36,964 nucleotides of DNA from a virus, in the IMG/VR virus record IMGVR_UViG_3300036944_000932; one strand, written 5' to 3'. The position numbers were made by a program, and so were the translations under genes. The notes beneath the pieces were generated by a model, which worked only from the letters and a program-made list of their open reading frames with translations, had not been told where the DNA came from and did not search any database. How positions within the stretch are numbered: position 1 is the stretch's first letter; the number at the start of each line of letters is the position of its first letter. This document shows, in pieces, positions 1 through 9,407 of the stretch.

Positions 1-127
1 CGTCGGAAGTCATGGAAATGGATTTCGACGAGCTGAACTGGTGGCTTGAACGCACCGAGGAATGGGTTGAATGGCAGACAAAGGCTACTCCCTAAACGTC
101 ATCATCAAGGCGGTTGACCGGGTGACG
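1..127. repeat. Terminal overlap copy 1: identical to 36838-36964 (circular-closure duplicate)
   Basis: Both ends read base by base. The string cgtcggaagtcatggaaatgg...ggttgaccgggtgacg is present at both termini. The repeat cuts through the tape-measure start codon region and the chaperone frameshift extension, so it is not a biological boundary. Confidence 0.9.
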
Positions 128-1756
128 GCGCCGTTGCGAGGGATCTTCGGCAAGGTGAAGGCCGCGAGCGCCGGTATCACAGGGGCGCTTGACCGTACCG
201 GCCTGCCAATTTTCGCCAACAGCTTGAAGAATGTCGGCGGTGCAATCGGCGGCGTGGGCAACGCAGTCGCCTCGAGCACCAAGAGGCTTCTCGGGCTAGG
301 GGCAACGCTTGGTATTACCGGCGCTGCCTTGAACTTGTTTTTCCAAGGTTTTGCCGATGCCACCGGGGCGATTGGCGACACTGCTGAACGAACCGGCATC
401 AGTCGTGAGCGGTTCCAGGAGTTGGGTTTTGCCGCGAAGCTGACAGGCTCGTCGGCTGAAACACTCGGCGGCGCTTTGCAGAAAATGCAAATCAACGTCG
501 GCGCCGCGACAGCAGGTTCGAAAGAACTGAAGGACATGTTCAAAGGCTTGGGCATCAACATCAAGGATGCATCTGGCAAGCTGAAAAGCTCGGACGCGCT
601 GTTCGACACCTTCGTCGATCGTATCTCGAAGATCAAAGACCCATCGCTGCAGGCTCAGGCCGCCGTGAAGATATTCGGTAAAAGCGCTACCGAGTTGTTG
701 CCGCTGATCCGTGGCGGCAGCGCGGGCCTAAAGGAAATGTCCGCAGAGGCCCGCCGCTTGGGCATCGTCATCTCTGACAGCGCAGTGCGCGAGGGTGAAA
801 CCTTTGGTGACACCCTCGACACGATCCACGCTGCTCTCAGTGGCGTCGGCAATACCATCGGTAGTGCGCTGGTGCCGCAGCTGAACAAGCTTGGCGGTCA
901 GCTCATCGAGAACATCGTCAAGTACCGGCCGCAGATCGAGGCCTTTGCCCTGGCTTTTGCAGAGAATCTGCCGGGCAACATCGAGAAGATAACCGGGTTC
1001 CTTGGCGATCTGTATGACGGTGTGCAGCCAGTGATCCGGGTCTTTGGAATGCTGGCGGATACCTTCGGCGGCGCCAATGTGGTGCTTGCCGCCGTTGGCG
1101 CTTACATCGGCGGAGGGCTTGTCGTTAGCCTTTATAGCCTCGGCGTAGCGCTGCAGGGCGTTGGTGTCGCGATCATGACGACGCCTGTTGGATGGTTCCT
1201 CGCTGCGATTGCCGCCATTGGCGCTGCGGCCTTCATCATTTACAAAAACTGGGACACGATCGTCGCGTTCTTCGAAGAGAAATGGGCAGGGGTGAAAGCT
1301 GCTTTCAGCGATGGAATCATCAACGGAATCTGGAAGCTGTGGAAGGAATTCAACCCGGTCACATTGATGATGGAGAGCTTCAACAGCCTGCTCAAATACC
1401 TGACTGGTTGGGACCTTGGCGCAATCCTGGGGACCAAAATCTCTGAAGCAGTTGCCGCTATAAAAAACGGCTTGCCTGACTGGGCCAAAAATCTTTTGGG
1501 TATTGATGGTGCCAGCGTTAGCGGAGGCGTTGAGGGCGGCGCGCCCTCGGCTGCTACCGGTGCAGCCGATACAGACCTGGGTCGCCGTGCCGCGCAGATC
1601 GGCCAAAACGCTGTTCAGCAGATGGCCCAACCTCCGCAAGCGGTGAGAGTGCAGTTAGACCTCAACAATGTACCGCCAGGCTCCAAGGTGAAAACCGAGG
1701 GCAGCCAGGGCGCGACCTTCGATACCGACATCGGTTACTCGATGATGGCCCCATAA
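71..1756 (+). CDS. Tail tape measure protein
   Basis: 561-aa ORF directly after the tail chaperone pair. It has a Gly/Ala-rich N-terminus, a TP901-type core motif ([24 protein letters not shown]) and central hydrophobic segments. Confidence 0.85.
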   Translation: MADKGYSLNVIIKAVDRVTAPLRGIFGKVKAASAGITGALDRTGLPIFANSLKNVGGAIGGVGNAVASSTKRLLGLGATLGITGAALNLFFQGFADATGAIGDTAERTGISRERFQELGFAAKLTGSSAETLGGALQKMQINVGAATAGSKELKDMFKGLGINIKDASGKLKSSDALFDTFVDRISKIKDPSLQAQAAVKIFGKSATELLPLIRGGSAGLKEMSAEARRLGIVISDSAVREGETFGDTLDTIHAALSGVGNTIGSALVPQLNKLGGQLIENIVKYRPQIEAFALAFAENLPGNIEKITGFLGDLYDGVQPVIRVFGMLADTFGGANVVLAAVGAYIGGGLVVSLYSLGVALQGVGVAIMTTPVGWFLAAIAAIGAAAFIIYKNWDTIVAFFEEKWAGVKAAFSDGIINGIWKLWKEFNPVTLMMESFNSLLKYLTGWDLGAILGTKISEAVAAIKNGLPDWAKNLLGIDGASVSGGVEGGAPSAATGAADTDLGRRAAQIGQNAVQQMAQPPQAVRVQLDLNNVPPGSKVKTEGSQGATFDTDIGYSMMAP

Positions 1757-1768
1757 CCGGAGCTCCCC

Positions 1769-3019
1769 ATGGCTTGGCGAGACAACTACCGCGCCGCGAC
1801 CTTTCGCGGCGTGGGCTTTTTTGTGGCTACGGCAGACAGCAGTCACGGCCGGCGCCAAGCGGTTCACGAAACAGCACAGCGTGATATCCCCTACACCGAA
1901 GACCTCGGCCGCAAGTCGCGGGAATTCGGGATTACCGGTTACCTGCTGGGCAAGGAATACGACGTAGCCCGGGAAGAACTGATCAAAGCATGCGAACAGG
2001 CTGGACCAGGTGTGCTGGTTCACCCGTACCGTGGCGAACTGACGGTTGTTTGCCGGGGCCTGACCGTCAGCGAGTCTTCAGAAGAGGGGGGTAAATGCAC
2101 CCTCTCCCTGACATTCCTCGAGGCGGGAGAGGCGTCCTACCCGTCGGCGAAGGTCGATAGCGTCAACGCCATCAGTGAAAAGGCGGGGGAGGTCACCGAG
2201 GCAGGCAAAGATAATTTCGTTTCAGGCTTCCTGACCAAAGGGTATCCATCGTTCGTGGCCGAGTCCGCAACATCGCAAATAAAAGGCCTGAGCGACTTCC
2301 TGAGCTCGCCTGAGTTCATCGTTTCCAGCGATATACAGGCGGTCTCTGACTATTACGACAAGGTCAAAAGCATCGGTTCGGATGCGTTCGACCTGATCCA
2401 GAAGCCGTTCGAGTTCGCCGACCAGGTCGTCGATGCGATCAGCAGCATCCGCTCCGCGTTTGGTGGCAGTGCTTTCGGAATGTTGATGGGTTTGTATAAC
2501 CAGTACTTTTCGAGCGATGACAGTGGTTCCAACAGCAAGACGCCGAGTCGTCAGCAGGTGGTGAAGAACACCAATGCCGTCGCTGGGTTGGTGCGTCAGA
2601 CTGCAATTTCTCAAGCGGCGGTGGCGGCGGTTGTCACTCAAACGACCGAGGACGTATCGAACGGCGGCACAAAAACCACGTCGGCGCCGACGAAATACGA
2701 CAGCTATGAATCAGCGATCGCTGTCCGGACGGAGCTTGCCGACCGCCTGGACGAGGAAAGCGAGACGACCAATAGCGATCTGGTCTATGTCGCGGTCACT
2801 GATCTCAGAACCGCCGTAGTCCAGGCTGTACCGGATCCCGAGCAGGACCTGCCACGTCTGGCGACCTTCTCGCCGAGGCAGACGCTTCCGTCACTTGTGG
2901 TCGCCTACCAGCTTTACGGAGATGCCAGCCGCGCCGAGGACATCGTGACGCGTAACGATCCGCGCCGCCCAGGGTTCCTGATTGGTGGCCAGAAGCTTGA
3001 GGTTCTTGCAAATGGATGA
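1769..3019 (+). CDS. DNA circulation protein (Mu gp43-like tail/baseplate protein)
   Basis: The N-terminus MAWRDNYRAATFRGVGFFV...GRRQAVHE...PYTEDLGRK is the typical DNA-circulation N-terminal domain. Its position after the tape measure matches Mu. Confidence 0.8.
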   Translation: MAWRDNYRAATFRGVGFFVATADSSHGRRQAVHETAQRDIPYTEDLGRKSREFGITGYLLGKEYDVAREELIKACEQAGPGVLVHPYRGELTVVCRGLTVSESSEEGGKCTLSLTFLEAGEASYPSAKVDSVNAISEKAGEVTEAGKDNFVSGFLTKGYPSFVAESATSQIKGLSDFLSSPEFIVSSDIQAVSDYYDKVKSIGSDAFDLIQKPFEFADQVVDAISSIRSAFGGSAFGMLMGLYNQYFSSDDSGSNSKTPSRQQVVKNTNAVAGLVRQTAISQAAVAAVVTQTTEDVSNGGTKTTSAPTKYDSYESAIAVRTELADRLDEESETTNSDLVYVAVTDLRTAVVQAVPDPEQDLPRLATFSPRQTLPSLVVAYQLYGDASRAEDIVTRNDPRRPGFLIGGQKLEVLANG

Positions 3020-4130
3020 CCTCGAGTTGCTGGTAAACGGTACGAACTATTTTGGCTGGACTTCGCTCGGTGTGACCCGTGCCGTAGATGCTTCCTCAGG
3101 TGCTTTCACTGTGACGCTGACAGAGCGCTGGGAAGGACAGGACGGCATGGCCGCTCAAGATGAGCCGTGGCCAATCCTGCCCGGTGATCGTTGTGAAGTG
3201 CGGCTTGGCGGAATTCCGATGGTGATCGGCTACGTCGACATCTTCAAACCCTCGTTCAGCGCGACCGACCACACCATCAACATCCAAGGGCGCGATCGAA
3301 CGGCCGATTTGATCGATTGCAGCGCGGTTCATAGCCCTGATGAATGGAAGAACATCGACCTTCTGCGCTTCGCCCAGATTCTGGCAAAACCGTTCGGGGT
3401 TGGGGTTTCTGCTGAAGCGCCGGTGGGCGAGGCCTTCTCGGTATGCAAGCTGCAGCAGGGTGAAACGGCTTTCGAAGCGATTGAGCGTTACGCGCGGCAG
3501 AGACGGCTGTTGCTGATGCCGGACGGTGCCGGCGGCCTGTTGATCACGCGGGCTGGCAATAAGCGCGCATCGGTTGGCCTGGTCCAGGGCGAAAACATCC
3601 TGAGTGCGTCGGGCAGCATCGACCATAGCCAGCGATTCAGTAATTACTTGGTAAAAGGCCAGGCCGCATACAACCCGTACAGCGAAGGCGAGACGGAGGC
3701 GCATATCGAGGGCGGTGCCAGTGACAGCGGCATCAGGCGATACCGGCCCTTGTTGGTCGTTGCCGAATCAGGCAGTTCAAACAGCAGCGCCCAAGAGCGT
3801 GCAACCTGGGAGGCCAACAGCCGGCTGGGTAAATCGGCCAGCGCATCTATCACAGTCCAAGGCTGGCGCCAAAGTCCGGGCGGCCCGTTGTGGGAGCCAG
3901 GGATGCTGGTGCAGGTCAAGGCGCCGTGGCTTCGCATGGATGGGCAAATGATCATCCGGCAGGCCACCTATGAGCGCGGCGACGGTGGCACCACCACGAA
4001 ACTCGACATCGTAAGCCCGCAAGCCTTTTCGCCCGAACCACCGGACTCAAAGAAAGGGAAGAAGGGCAAGAAGGGTGGGCGAAACATTTGGTCGGAAGCC
4101 ATCGGGGAAGAGGACAAAAAGGATGGGTAA
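3012..4130 (+). CDS. Baseplate hub protein (Mu gp44/P, late-control-D-like)
   Basis: The in-frame ATG at 3012 overlaps the upstream stop (3017-3019). Size and position match Mu gp44. The longer N-terminus in the ORF track (2982) lies inside the previous gene. Confidence 0.7.
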   Translation: MDDLELLVNGTNYFGWTSLGVTRAVDASSGAFTVTLTERWEGQDGMAAQDEPWPILPGDRCEVRLGGIPMVIGYVDIFKPSFSATDHTINIQGRDRTADLIDCSAVHSPDEWKNIDLLRFAQILAKPFGVGVSAEAPVGEAFSVCKLQQGETAFEAIERYARQRRLLLMPDGAGGLLITRAGNKRASVGLVQGENILSASGSIDHSQRFSNYLVKGQAAYNPYSEGETEAHIEGGASDSGIRRYRPLLVVAESGSSNSSAQERATWEANSRLGKSASASITVQGWRQSPGGPLWEPGMLVQVKAPWLRMDGQMIIRQATYERGDGGTTTKLDIVSPQAFSPEPPDSKKGKKGKKGGRNIWSEAIGEEDKKDG

Positions 4131-4641
4131 CCCAGTTCGCGATCTCGGCAACCGCGTGATGATGATGTTCGGCCGCGGAGTCCTTCGTGGCGTCAACGAC
4201 TCAAATGGCCGTCAGCAGTTGCAGGTCGAGCTGCTGAAGGGCGAGCTGCGAGACAGCGTCGAACACATGCAGAACTACGGCTTCACTAGTCATCCCCAAG
4301 GCGGTGACGTTGCGGTGGCCTTCATTGGTGGAAACCGGGAGCAGGGCATTGTGCTGGTGGTCGACGACCGCCGCTACCGGATCCCGTTGCAAGCTGGAGA
4401 AGTTGCCATTTATGACGACCAGGGCAACAAAATCGAATTGCTGCGCGACATGGTGAAGGTCACGGCTGTCCAGCATGTCGAGGTGCTGGCGCCAACGATA
4501 AAGCTGATTGGCGATCTTGAACTGGTCGGCAACATGAAAATCCTGGGGAATATCGATTCCACGGGAACGATCAAGAACAACGGCAAGTTCGTCGACAGCA
4601 CACATACCCATAGCAACAGCGGCGCAGGAGTACCGAACTGA
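4123..4641 (+). CDS. Baseplate assembly protein V / central spike (Mu gp45-like)
   Basis: ATG 4123 overlaps the upstream stop (ATGGGTAA). The motif ...LLKGELRDSVEHMQNYGFTSHP...VAFIGGNREQGIV is typical of phage_base_V proteins. Confidence 0.8.
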   Translation: MGNPVRDLGNRVMMMFGRGVLRGVNDSNGRQQLQVELLKGELRDSVEHMQNYGFTSHPQGGDVAVAFIGGNREQGIVLVVDDRRYRIPLQAGEVAIYDDQGNKIELLRDMVKVTAVQHVEVLAPTIKLIGDLELVGNMKILGNIDSTGTIKNNGKFVDSTHTHSNSGAGVPN

Positions 4642-5108
4642 TGGCCGATGCCGCAATGGTAATGACCGAGATCGGCGGCGACCTGGTGCTGTTCGGATTC
4701 GACTTGGAGCGTGATGACGGGCTGGAGACGGCGGTGATCATCAGCCTGTTCACCGACCGTCGCGCCAGCGCCGAGCAGATTCCACCTGAGTATGCGCAGG
4801 ACGACCTGCGCGGGTACTGGGGCGATATCACCAATGCATCGGCGACAGACCAGACAGGTTCTCTGCTGTGGCTGCTGGCCCGAGAGAAGCAACTGCCTCA
4901 GACCCTGAGTCGCGCCGAACAGTACTGCCGCGAGGCGCTGGCCTGGATGATCGAAGACTTGGTGGCCACGAAGATCGCGGTCTCCGCGTCGTATTACTCC
5001 CAGGGCGTGATGTTGCTGGAAATCGACATCTACCGGCCTACCGGCCCAACTGTCCGTTATCGATACAACTACGAATGGTCGGCTCAGGCCGGCAAGAGGG
5101 CTGCCTGA
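4641..5108 (+). CDS. Baseplate protein, GP46 / gpW / gp25-like
   Basis: The 155-aa ORF starts on the previous stop. The motif DLERDDGLETAVIISLFTDRRA...GYWGD is characteristic of the Mu gp46 family. Confidence 0.75.
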   Translation: MADAAMVMTEIGGDLVLFGFDLERDDGLETAVIISLFTDRRASAEQIPPEYAQDDLRGYWGDITNASATDQTGSLLWLLAREKQLPQTLSRAEQYCREALAWMIEDLVATKIAVSASYYSQGVMLLEIDIYRPTGPTVRYRYNYEWSAQAGKRAA

Positions 5109-6166
5109 TGCCATTTGCTCGACCCACGTTACCGGAACTCATCGACCGGGTTACCACCGACATCAGCGGGCGCGTGACTGGCGTTCAAAGTGCGGTGCTT
5201 CGCCGATCTCTACTCGGGATCCTCGCCCGTTCCGAGGCCGGTGCGGTGCACATGCTGTACGGCTTCCTCGAATGGGCAGCCAAGCAGGCAATCATCGATA
5301 CCGCGGAGAAGGAATACCTCGAGCGATGGGCCGCGATCTGGAAAGTGTTCCGTAAGGCCGCCGACTTTTCCACCGGAGACGCGCTGCTCGTGGGCGCTGT
5401 TGGCTCGCCTGTTCCTGCAGGAACGATTGTTCAGCGACAGGATGGCGTGCAATACCGCGTCATGGCTGATGGGGAATTTGCCAGCACCACGCTACAGGTC
5501 ACGGTGGTGGCTCTGGAGGCTGGCGCCGATGGTGACTGCCCGGCGGGTACGCCACTATTTCTGTTTTCCCCAGTGCCCGGCGTTCAGTCAACCGGCTCGG
5601 CGGCTACGGATATCGACGGCGGGCTTGATGTTGAAACGGATCCTCAGCTGCTCAACAGGTTGTTGAAGCGGATCCGCCAACCGCCTCACGGTGGCGCCGC
5701 ATCCGACTACGAGCTCTGGGCGTTAGAAGTTGCCGGTGTCACTAGGGTATGGGTGTATCCGCTACAGATGGGGCTTGGAACGGTGACGATCCTATTTGTT
5801 TGTGATGGTGAGTCCGACATTGTTCCGGACGCTGCCAAGGTCGCCGAGGTTCAGGACTACATCAACGAGCGCTGCCCGGTCACCGCCGAGGTGTTCGTGG
5901 CGGCCCCTGTGGCTGACCCGCTTAATTTGGCCGTGAGGCTGTCGCCGAACACAGCTGCTGTACAGGCTGCTGTCCGGGCTGAGGTTGCCGATCTGATTGT
6001 TCGCGACTCCAAACCGGGCAGCCCGATCCTAATTAGCCGGCTGCGCGAGGCCGTTTCCATTGCTGCAGGTGAGTCGAATAACGAGATCACGTCACCAGCA
6101 GCGGACATACCGCACGCAGCCGGGCACATGGCGGTGCCCGGCACCATAACTTTCTCCAGCTTTTAA
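5108..6166 (+). CDS. Baseplate J-like protein (Mu gp47-like)
   Basis: ATG 5108 overlaps the upstream TGA (TGATG). The N-terminus MPFARPTLPELIDRV and the 352-aa size fit baseplate J. The track start at 4868 lies inside the upstream gene. Confidence 0.75.
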   Translation: MPFARPTLPELIDRVTTDISGRVTGVQSAVLRRSLLGILARSEAGAVHMLYGFLEWAAKQAIIDTAEKEYLERWAAIWKVFRKAADFSTGDALLVGAVGSPVPAGTIVQRQDGVQYRVMADGEFASTTLQVTVVALEAGADGDCPAGTPLFLFSPVPGVQSTGSAATDIDGGLDVETDPQLLNRLLKRIRQPPHGGAASDYELWALEVAGVTRVWVYPLQMGLGTVTILFVCDGESDIVPDAAKVAEVQDYINERCPVTAEVFVAAPVADPLNLAVRLSPNTAAVQAAVRAEVADLIVRDSKPGSPILISRLREAVSIAAGESNNEITSPAADIPHAAGHMAVPGTITFSSF

Positions 6167-6175
6167 GGAGGCGTA

Positions 6176-6766
6176 ATGCCGACAGCTGCCGACTACTTGG
6201 AGCAGCTGAAAACGCTGCTGCCGCCTGGCCAAGCGTTCCCGCGAGAAGCTGGGACCACTCTGCATGACCTGCTCGATGGAATGTCTATTGAACTGGCCCG
6301 GGTAGACGGGCGTGGTGAAGCTCTGCCCGGTGAGGCCAACCCAGCCGACACGAACGAACTTCTTGTCGACTGGGAGCGAGTGGCAGGTCTGCCTGATAAG
6401 TGCGCCGGCGTCCTCGAAGAAACACTGCAGGGGCGCCGCAACGCGCTGCTGACAAAGCTATCCAGCACCGGCGGTCAATCCGCTGCGTACTTCATTGAGT
6501 TGGCCGCTTCGCTCGGATACACGGTGACGATCGAGCAGTTCAGACCGTTCAGGGTGGGTATGTCGCGCGCAGGTGACTCTCTTACAAATGGTGCCTGGGT
6601 TTTCACCTGGCTCATACGTGCGCCCGAAGTAACAGTAACTAGCTTCCGAGTAGGCCGGTCGGCCGTAGGGGAAAGGTTGCGCACCTGGGGCAACGACACC
6701 CTCGAATGCAAAATAAATCAATTGAAGCCAGCGCACACGATAGCGCTCTTCGCCTACGGAGATTGA
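6176..6766 (+). CDS. Baseplate/tail protein, Mu gp48-like (DUF2313)
   Basis: A GGAGG RBS precedes the start. The motif YLEQLKTLLPPGQAF...LVDWERVAGLP is typical of DUF2313/YmfQ-type proteins. Confidence 0.7.
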   Translation: MPTAADYLEQLKTLLPPGQAFPREAGTTLHDLLDGMSIELARVDGRGEALPGEANPADTNELLVDWERVAGLPDKCAGVLEETLQGRRNALLTKLSSTGGQSAAYFIELAASLGYTVTIEQFRPFRVGMSRAGDSLTNGAWVFTWLIRAPEVTVTSFRVGRSAVGERLRTWGNDTLECKINQLKPAHTIALFAYGD

Positions 6767-6769
6767 CGC

Positions 6770-8194
6770 ATGCACAGAATTGACGGGCCTGGAGCCACTG
6801 TGGACAACAGGTTCACCGATGGCGATCCGGTTGGTGGTTTACAAGCCACGATGGTCACCGACGACTGGGCAAATGATGTTCAAGAAGAACTGATGAGCAT
6901 TTTGACGGCCGGTGGCGTTGCGCCAGTTAAAGGCACTCAGGATCAGGTACTGAAAGCACTCACAGGTTTGGTCCGGGCGCAGAGCCTCACTGCAGTCACA
7001 GCATCTGGTACTGCGCCGGCGTTCACGCTCACACCATCGCCCGCTATCACCGCTTACGCCGCGAATCAGCGCTTCCGAGTGAAGTTCAGCGCGGCGGCTC
7101 CGACAAATGGAACTCTTAACGTCTCCAGTCAGGGCCCGAAGAACCTCAAACAATACGATTCGGCCGGCATCAAGGTAGTAGCGCCTATCGCTGCAAACCA
7201 GTTGGCCGATGTTGAATACGACGGCACGGACTGGGTGGTGCTTAATCCGTTGGCAGTTCAGCAAATCGGTACTCAGGGTTCATTCAAAAATCTTGAAGCA
7301 TCCGCCTCCGGAGCGAGCTCGGTTGTAACGATCAGTGCTGAAGAAGCAATTGTGAAGAATGCCGCTGGCCAAGCTTTGCTGCTGAGCAATTTGTTCCTAT
7401 CAGTCAACCTGGCCGCCAGCGGACTCAACGGACTGGATACAGGCACTGTTGCCGCATCGAGTTGTTATTCGATTTGGGCAATCTCCAACGGCACGACGAA
7501 GGGCGCTATCGCCGCTCTTTGCCCTGTGCTGACAGGGAACACTACAGCTGGTTCTGGCGTGGTTACAGCGCTGTCGACGACAGCATCAATGCGTACTGGC
7601 ATGCCATTTTCCGGCGGCAGCCTCCCCCCGGGAGCAGTAGTTTTAAGTGTCGACTCGCCGACACAGATCACAGCTTCGCTTCCCGCTGGCGCTACTGCCA
7701 CTGGGGCTTCGCTACGGTTTGTTTATGACCCAGTAATGCCCGCCGGTTACACCTTCAAGGCGATGGCAAGCGCCATCCCAACGGACGGAACAGCGAACAA
7801 ATTTCCATGGGGGTTCAATCAAACCGGACGAAATGCCCAACTCTTGATTGGGGCTGGAAAGAACCTCACGTTGCTACCTCAAATGGCCGTTGGAGCCCAA
7901 GGCACGATCGGAACCACGCTGGTGCCAGTGGCAGTCGCTGCGTTTGTTCCGCCGACGGCAACCCGCATTCGAGGGATTGTTTTTAACGGCGGCGGTATTA
8001 CGTCTACGCAAGTTGCACCAAACAGCATTGCGACCATCCCGGGCAGCACCGCTATCAATGCTTCCGTAGGTTCTAATGGCGGGGCGAGCTTTTCTGTTGG
8101 ATTCGACTTCCTGCTAGAAAGTGCATTTATCTATTACGCCGGGAGTGCGGCCGGATGCGAAATCCGCTGCCTCGGCTGGGAGCTCAACTTATGA
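6770..8194 (+). CDS. Tail fibre protein
   Basis: Conserved fibre N-terminus MHRIDGPGATVDNRFTDGDPVGG..TMVTDDWANDVQEELMSIL, followed by an Ala/Gly/Thr-rich variable C-terminal part. Confidence 0.8.
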   Translation: MHRIDGPGATVDNRFTDGDPVGGLQATMVTDDWANDVQEELMSILTAGGVAPVKGTQDQVLKALTGLVRAQSLTAVTASGTAPAFTLTPSPAITAYAANQRFRVKFSAAAPTNGTLNVSSQGPKNLKQYDSAGIKVVAPIAANQLADVEYDGTDWVVLNPLAVQQIGTQGSFKNLEASASGASSVVTISAEEAIVKNAAGQALLLSNLFLSVNLAASGLNGLDTGTVAASSCYSIWAISNGTTKGAIAALCPVLTGNTTAGSGVVTALSTTASMRTGMPFSGGSLPPGAVVLSVDSPTQITASLPAGATATGASLRFVYDPVMPAGYTFKAMASAIPTDGTANKFPWGFNQTGRNAQLLIGAGKNLTLLPQMAVGAQGTIGTTLVPVAVAAFVPPTATRIRGIVFNGGGITSTQVAPNSIATIPGSTAINASVGSNGGASFSVGFDFLLESAFIYYAGSAAGCEIRCLGWELNL

Positions 8195-8580
8195 GTGGAT
8201 ACGCGGTTCGAAAAGACAATCAGGGCGCCCGGGCTGTAGATGGGCCTGGGGATGTGTGGCCTGAAGAATATTTCAGCGAAACCATTATTGTTGTTCTCCA
8301 ATCCGAAGAGCAGTTGATCAACAAGTTTCGCGCAATTATTCAGCGCCACATGGATGAAGCGGCGGTGCGGGTTGGGTATGACGACATAAAAACAGCGGTC
8401 ACGTACGCTGACGAGCCTTCTGTACCGAAGTTCCAAGCCGAGGGCCAAGCCCTGCGCGCCTGGCGCAGTTTGGTGTGGGCTTATGGCTACGAGCAGATTG
8501 CCGCAGTTCAATCGGGAGAGCGAACTTTGCCGACGCCGGAGGAGCTGATCGCCGAGCTCCCACCGTTGGTGATGCCGTAA
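8191..8580 (+). CDS. Putative tail fibre assembly chaperone
   Basis: ATG 8191 overlaps the fibre stop (ATGA). The 129-aa size and position directly after the fibre gene support the call. Assigned mainly by position. Confidence 0.5.
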   Translation: MSGYAVRKDNQGARAVDGPGDVWPEEYFSETIIVVLQSEEQLINKFRAIIQRHMDEAAVRVGYDDIKTAVTYADEPSVPKFQAEGQALRAWRSLVWAYGYEQIAAVQSGERTLPTPEELIAELPPLVMP

Positions 8581-8870
8581 TGGCTGACGTAGCGGGTTAT
8601 GTCGCCGCCTACGGTCGGCGCAAGTATTGGTTTTCTCTGATGCTTGCTGCTGACCAGTTCATCAACGCGCTGCTGTGGGGTTACGTCGACGAGACGCTGA
8701 GCAGTCGAGCCTACCGGTGCCGGAGCAAAAAGCGCCGGTGGGCGATCGCGGAAAAGCTCATCAACGCGCTGTTCTGGCGTGACCGGCAGGGCGATTTCCG
8801 GCATTGCCAGATCGCCTACTACGCCGAGGTCGCCCGCGAGCACCTTCCGCAATACACGGAATTGGAGTAG
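8580..8870 (+). CDS. Hypothetical 96-aa protein between the fibre chaperone and the endolysin
   Basis: ATG 8580 overlaps the upstream TAA. It has one weakly hydrophobic stretch (YWFSLMLAADQFINALLWGY) interrupted by D/Q, then a basic, Cys/His-containing tail. It is not a convincing holin. Confidence 0.55.
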   Translation: MADVAGYVAAYGRRKYWFSLMLAADQFINALLWGYVDETLSSRAYRCRSKKRRWAIAEKLINALFWRDRQGDFRHCQIAYYAEVAREHLPQYTELE

Positions 8871-8873
8871 CCC

Positions 8874-9407
8874 ATGCCCATCACTCAGCAGCAGTTGCTG
8901 CAGATACTCCCGAACGCCCGCGGCCAAGCGGGCGTTTTTGCATCTGTGCTCAACGTGGCCATGCTTCGTTATCAGATCATCGGGCCAAAACGTATGGCGG
9001 CGTTTATTGCGCAAATTGGCCACGAGTCGGGGCAGTTGCAATACGTCCGCGAGATCTGGGGTCCGACCGCTGCGCAGTTGAGATACGAGGGCAGGGCAGA
9101 CCTGGGTAACACCGTGGCGGGAGACGGTTCCCGGTACCTCGGTCGAGGCCTGATCCAGATCACCGGCCGGGCCAACTATGCGGCGTGCGGCGAAGCACTG
9201 GGGATTGACCTGATCAACCATCCGGAATTGTTGGAGCAGCCGCAGTACGCGTGTCTGTCGGCGGCCTGGTTCTGGGCTACGAAGGGTTTGAACACCCTGG
9301 CAGACGTTGGTGAATTCAACGCCATCACCCGCCGAATCAACGGCGGCCTCAATGGCCTCGCGGATCGACTGAAGCTTTGGGCGAAGGCGCGGGAGGTGCT
9401 GGCGTGA
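8874..9407 (+). CDS. Endolysin, glycoside hydrolase family 19 (chitinase class I-like, R-pyocin Lys-like)
   Basis: Motifs AAFIAQIGHESG, YEGRADLGNT, GRGLIQITGRANY and INGGLNGL. No signal or SAR sequence. Confidence 0.9.
   Translation: MPITQQQLLQILPNARGQAGVFASVLNVAMLRYQIIGPKRMAAFIAQIGHESGQLQYVREIWGPTAAQLRYEGRADLGNTVAGDGSRYLGRGLIQITGRANYAACGEALGIDLINHPELLEQPQYACLSAAWFWATKGLNTLADVGEFNAITRRINGGLNGLADRLKLWAKAREVLA

Noticed and set aside
1-127. The terminal repeat as a biological direct terminal repeat, an LTR or a mobile-element boundary.
   Set aside because: It bisects an operon (the chaperone extension and tape-measure start). The phage has cos-type Nu1/GpA terminase and a separate cos-like region. 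An exact 127-bp overlap is what a circularised assembly produces.
728-1639. Long antisense ORFs opposite recognisable genes. Examples: 728-1639(-), 8508-9437(-), 10479-11372(-), 26480-27085(-), 28360-29145(-), 31377-32750(-), 35030-36271(-).
   Set aside because: These are typical shadow ORFs of GC-rich DNA. They are Arg/Pro/Gly-rich with no motifs, and each lies fully inside a gene whose product has clear family signatures on the other strand.
4868-5107. N-terminal extensions given by the ORF track, for example starts at 2982, 4075, 4868, 8155, 8475, 13817, 18211, 18785, 23215, 24817 and 26928.
   Set aside because: The extensions run inside the preceding gene. Internal ATG or GTG codons that overlap the upstream stop, or follow a good RBS, give products starting at conserved family N-termini.
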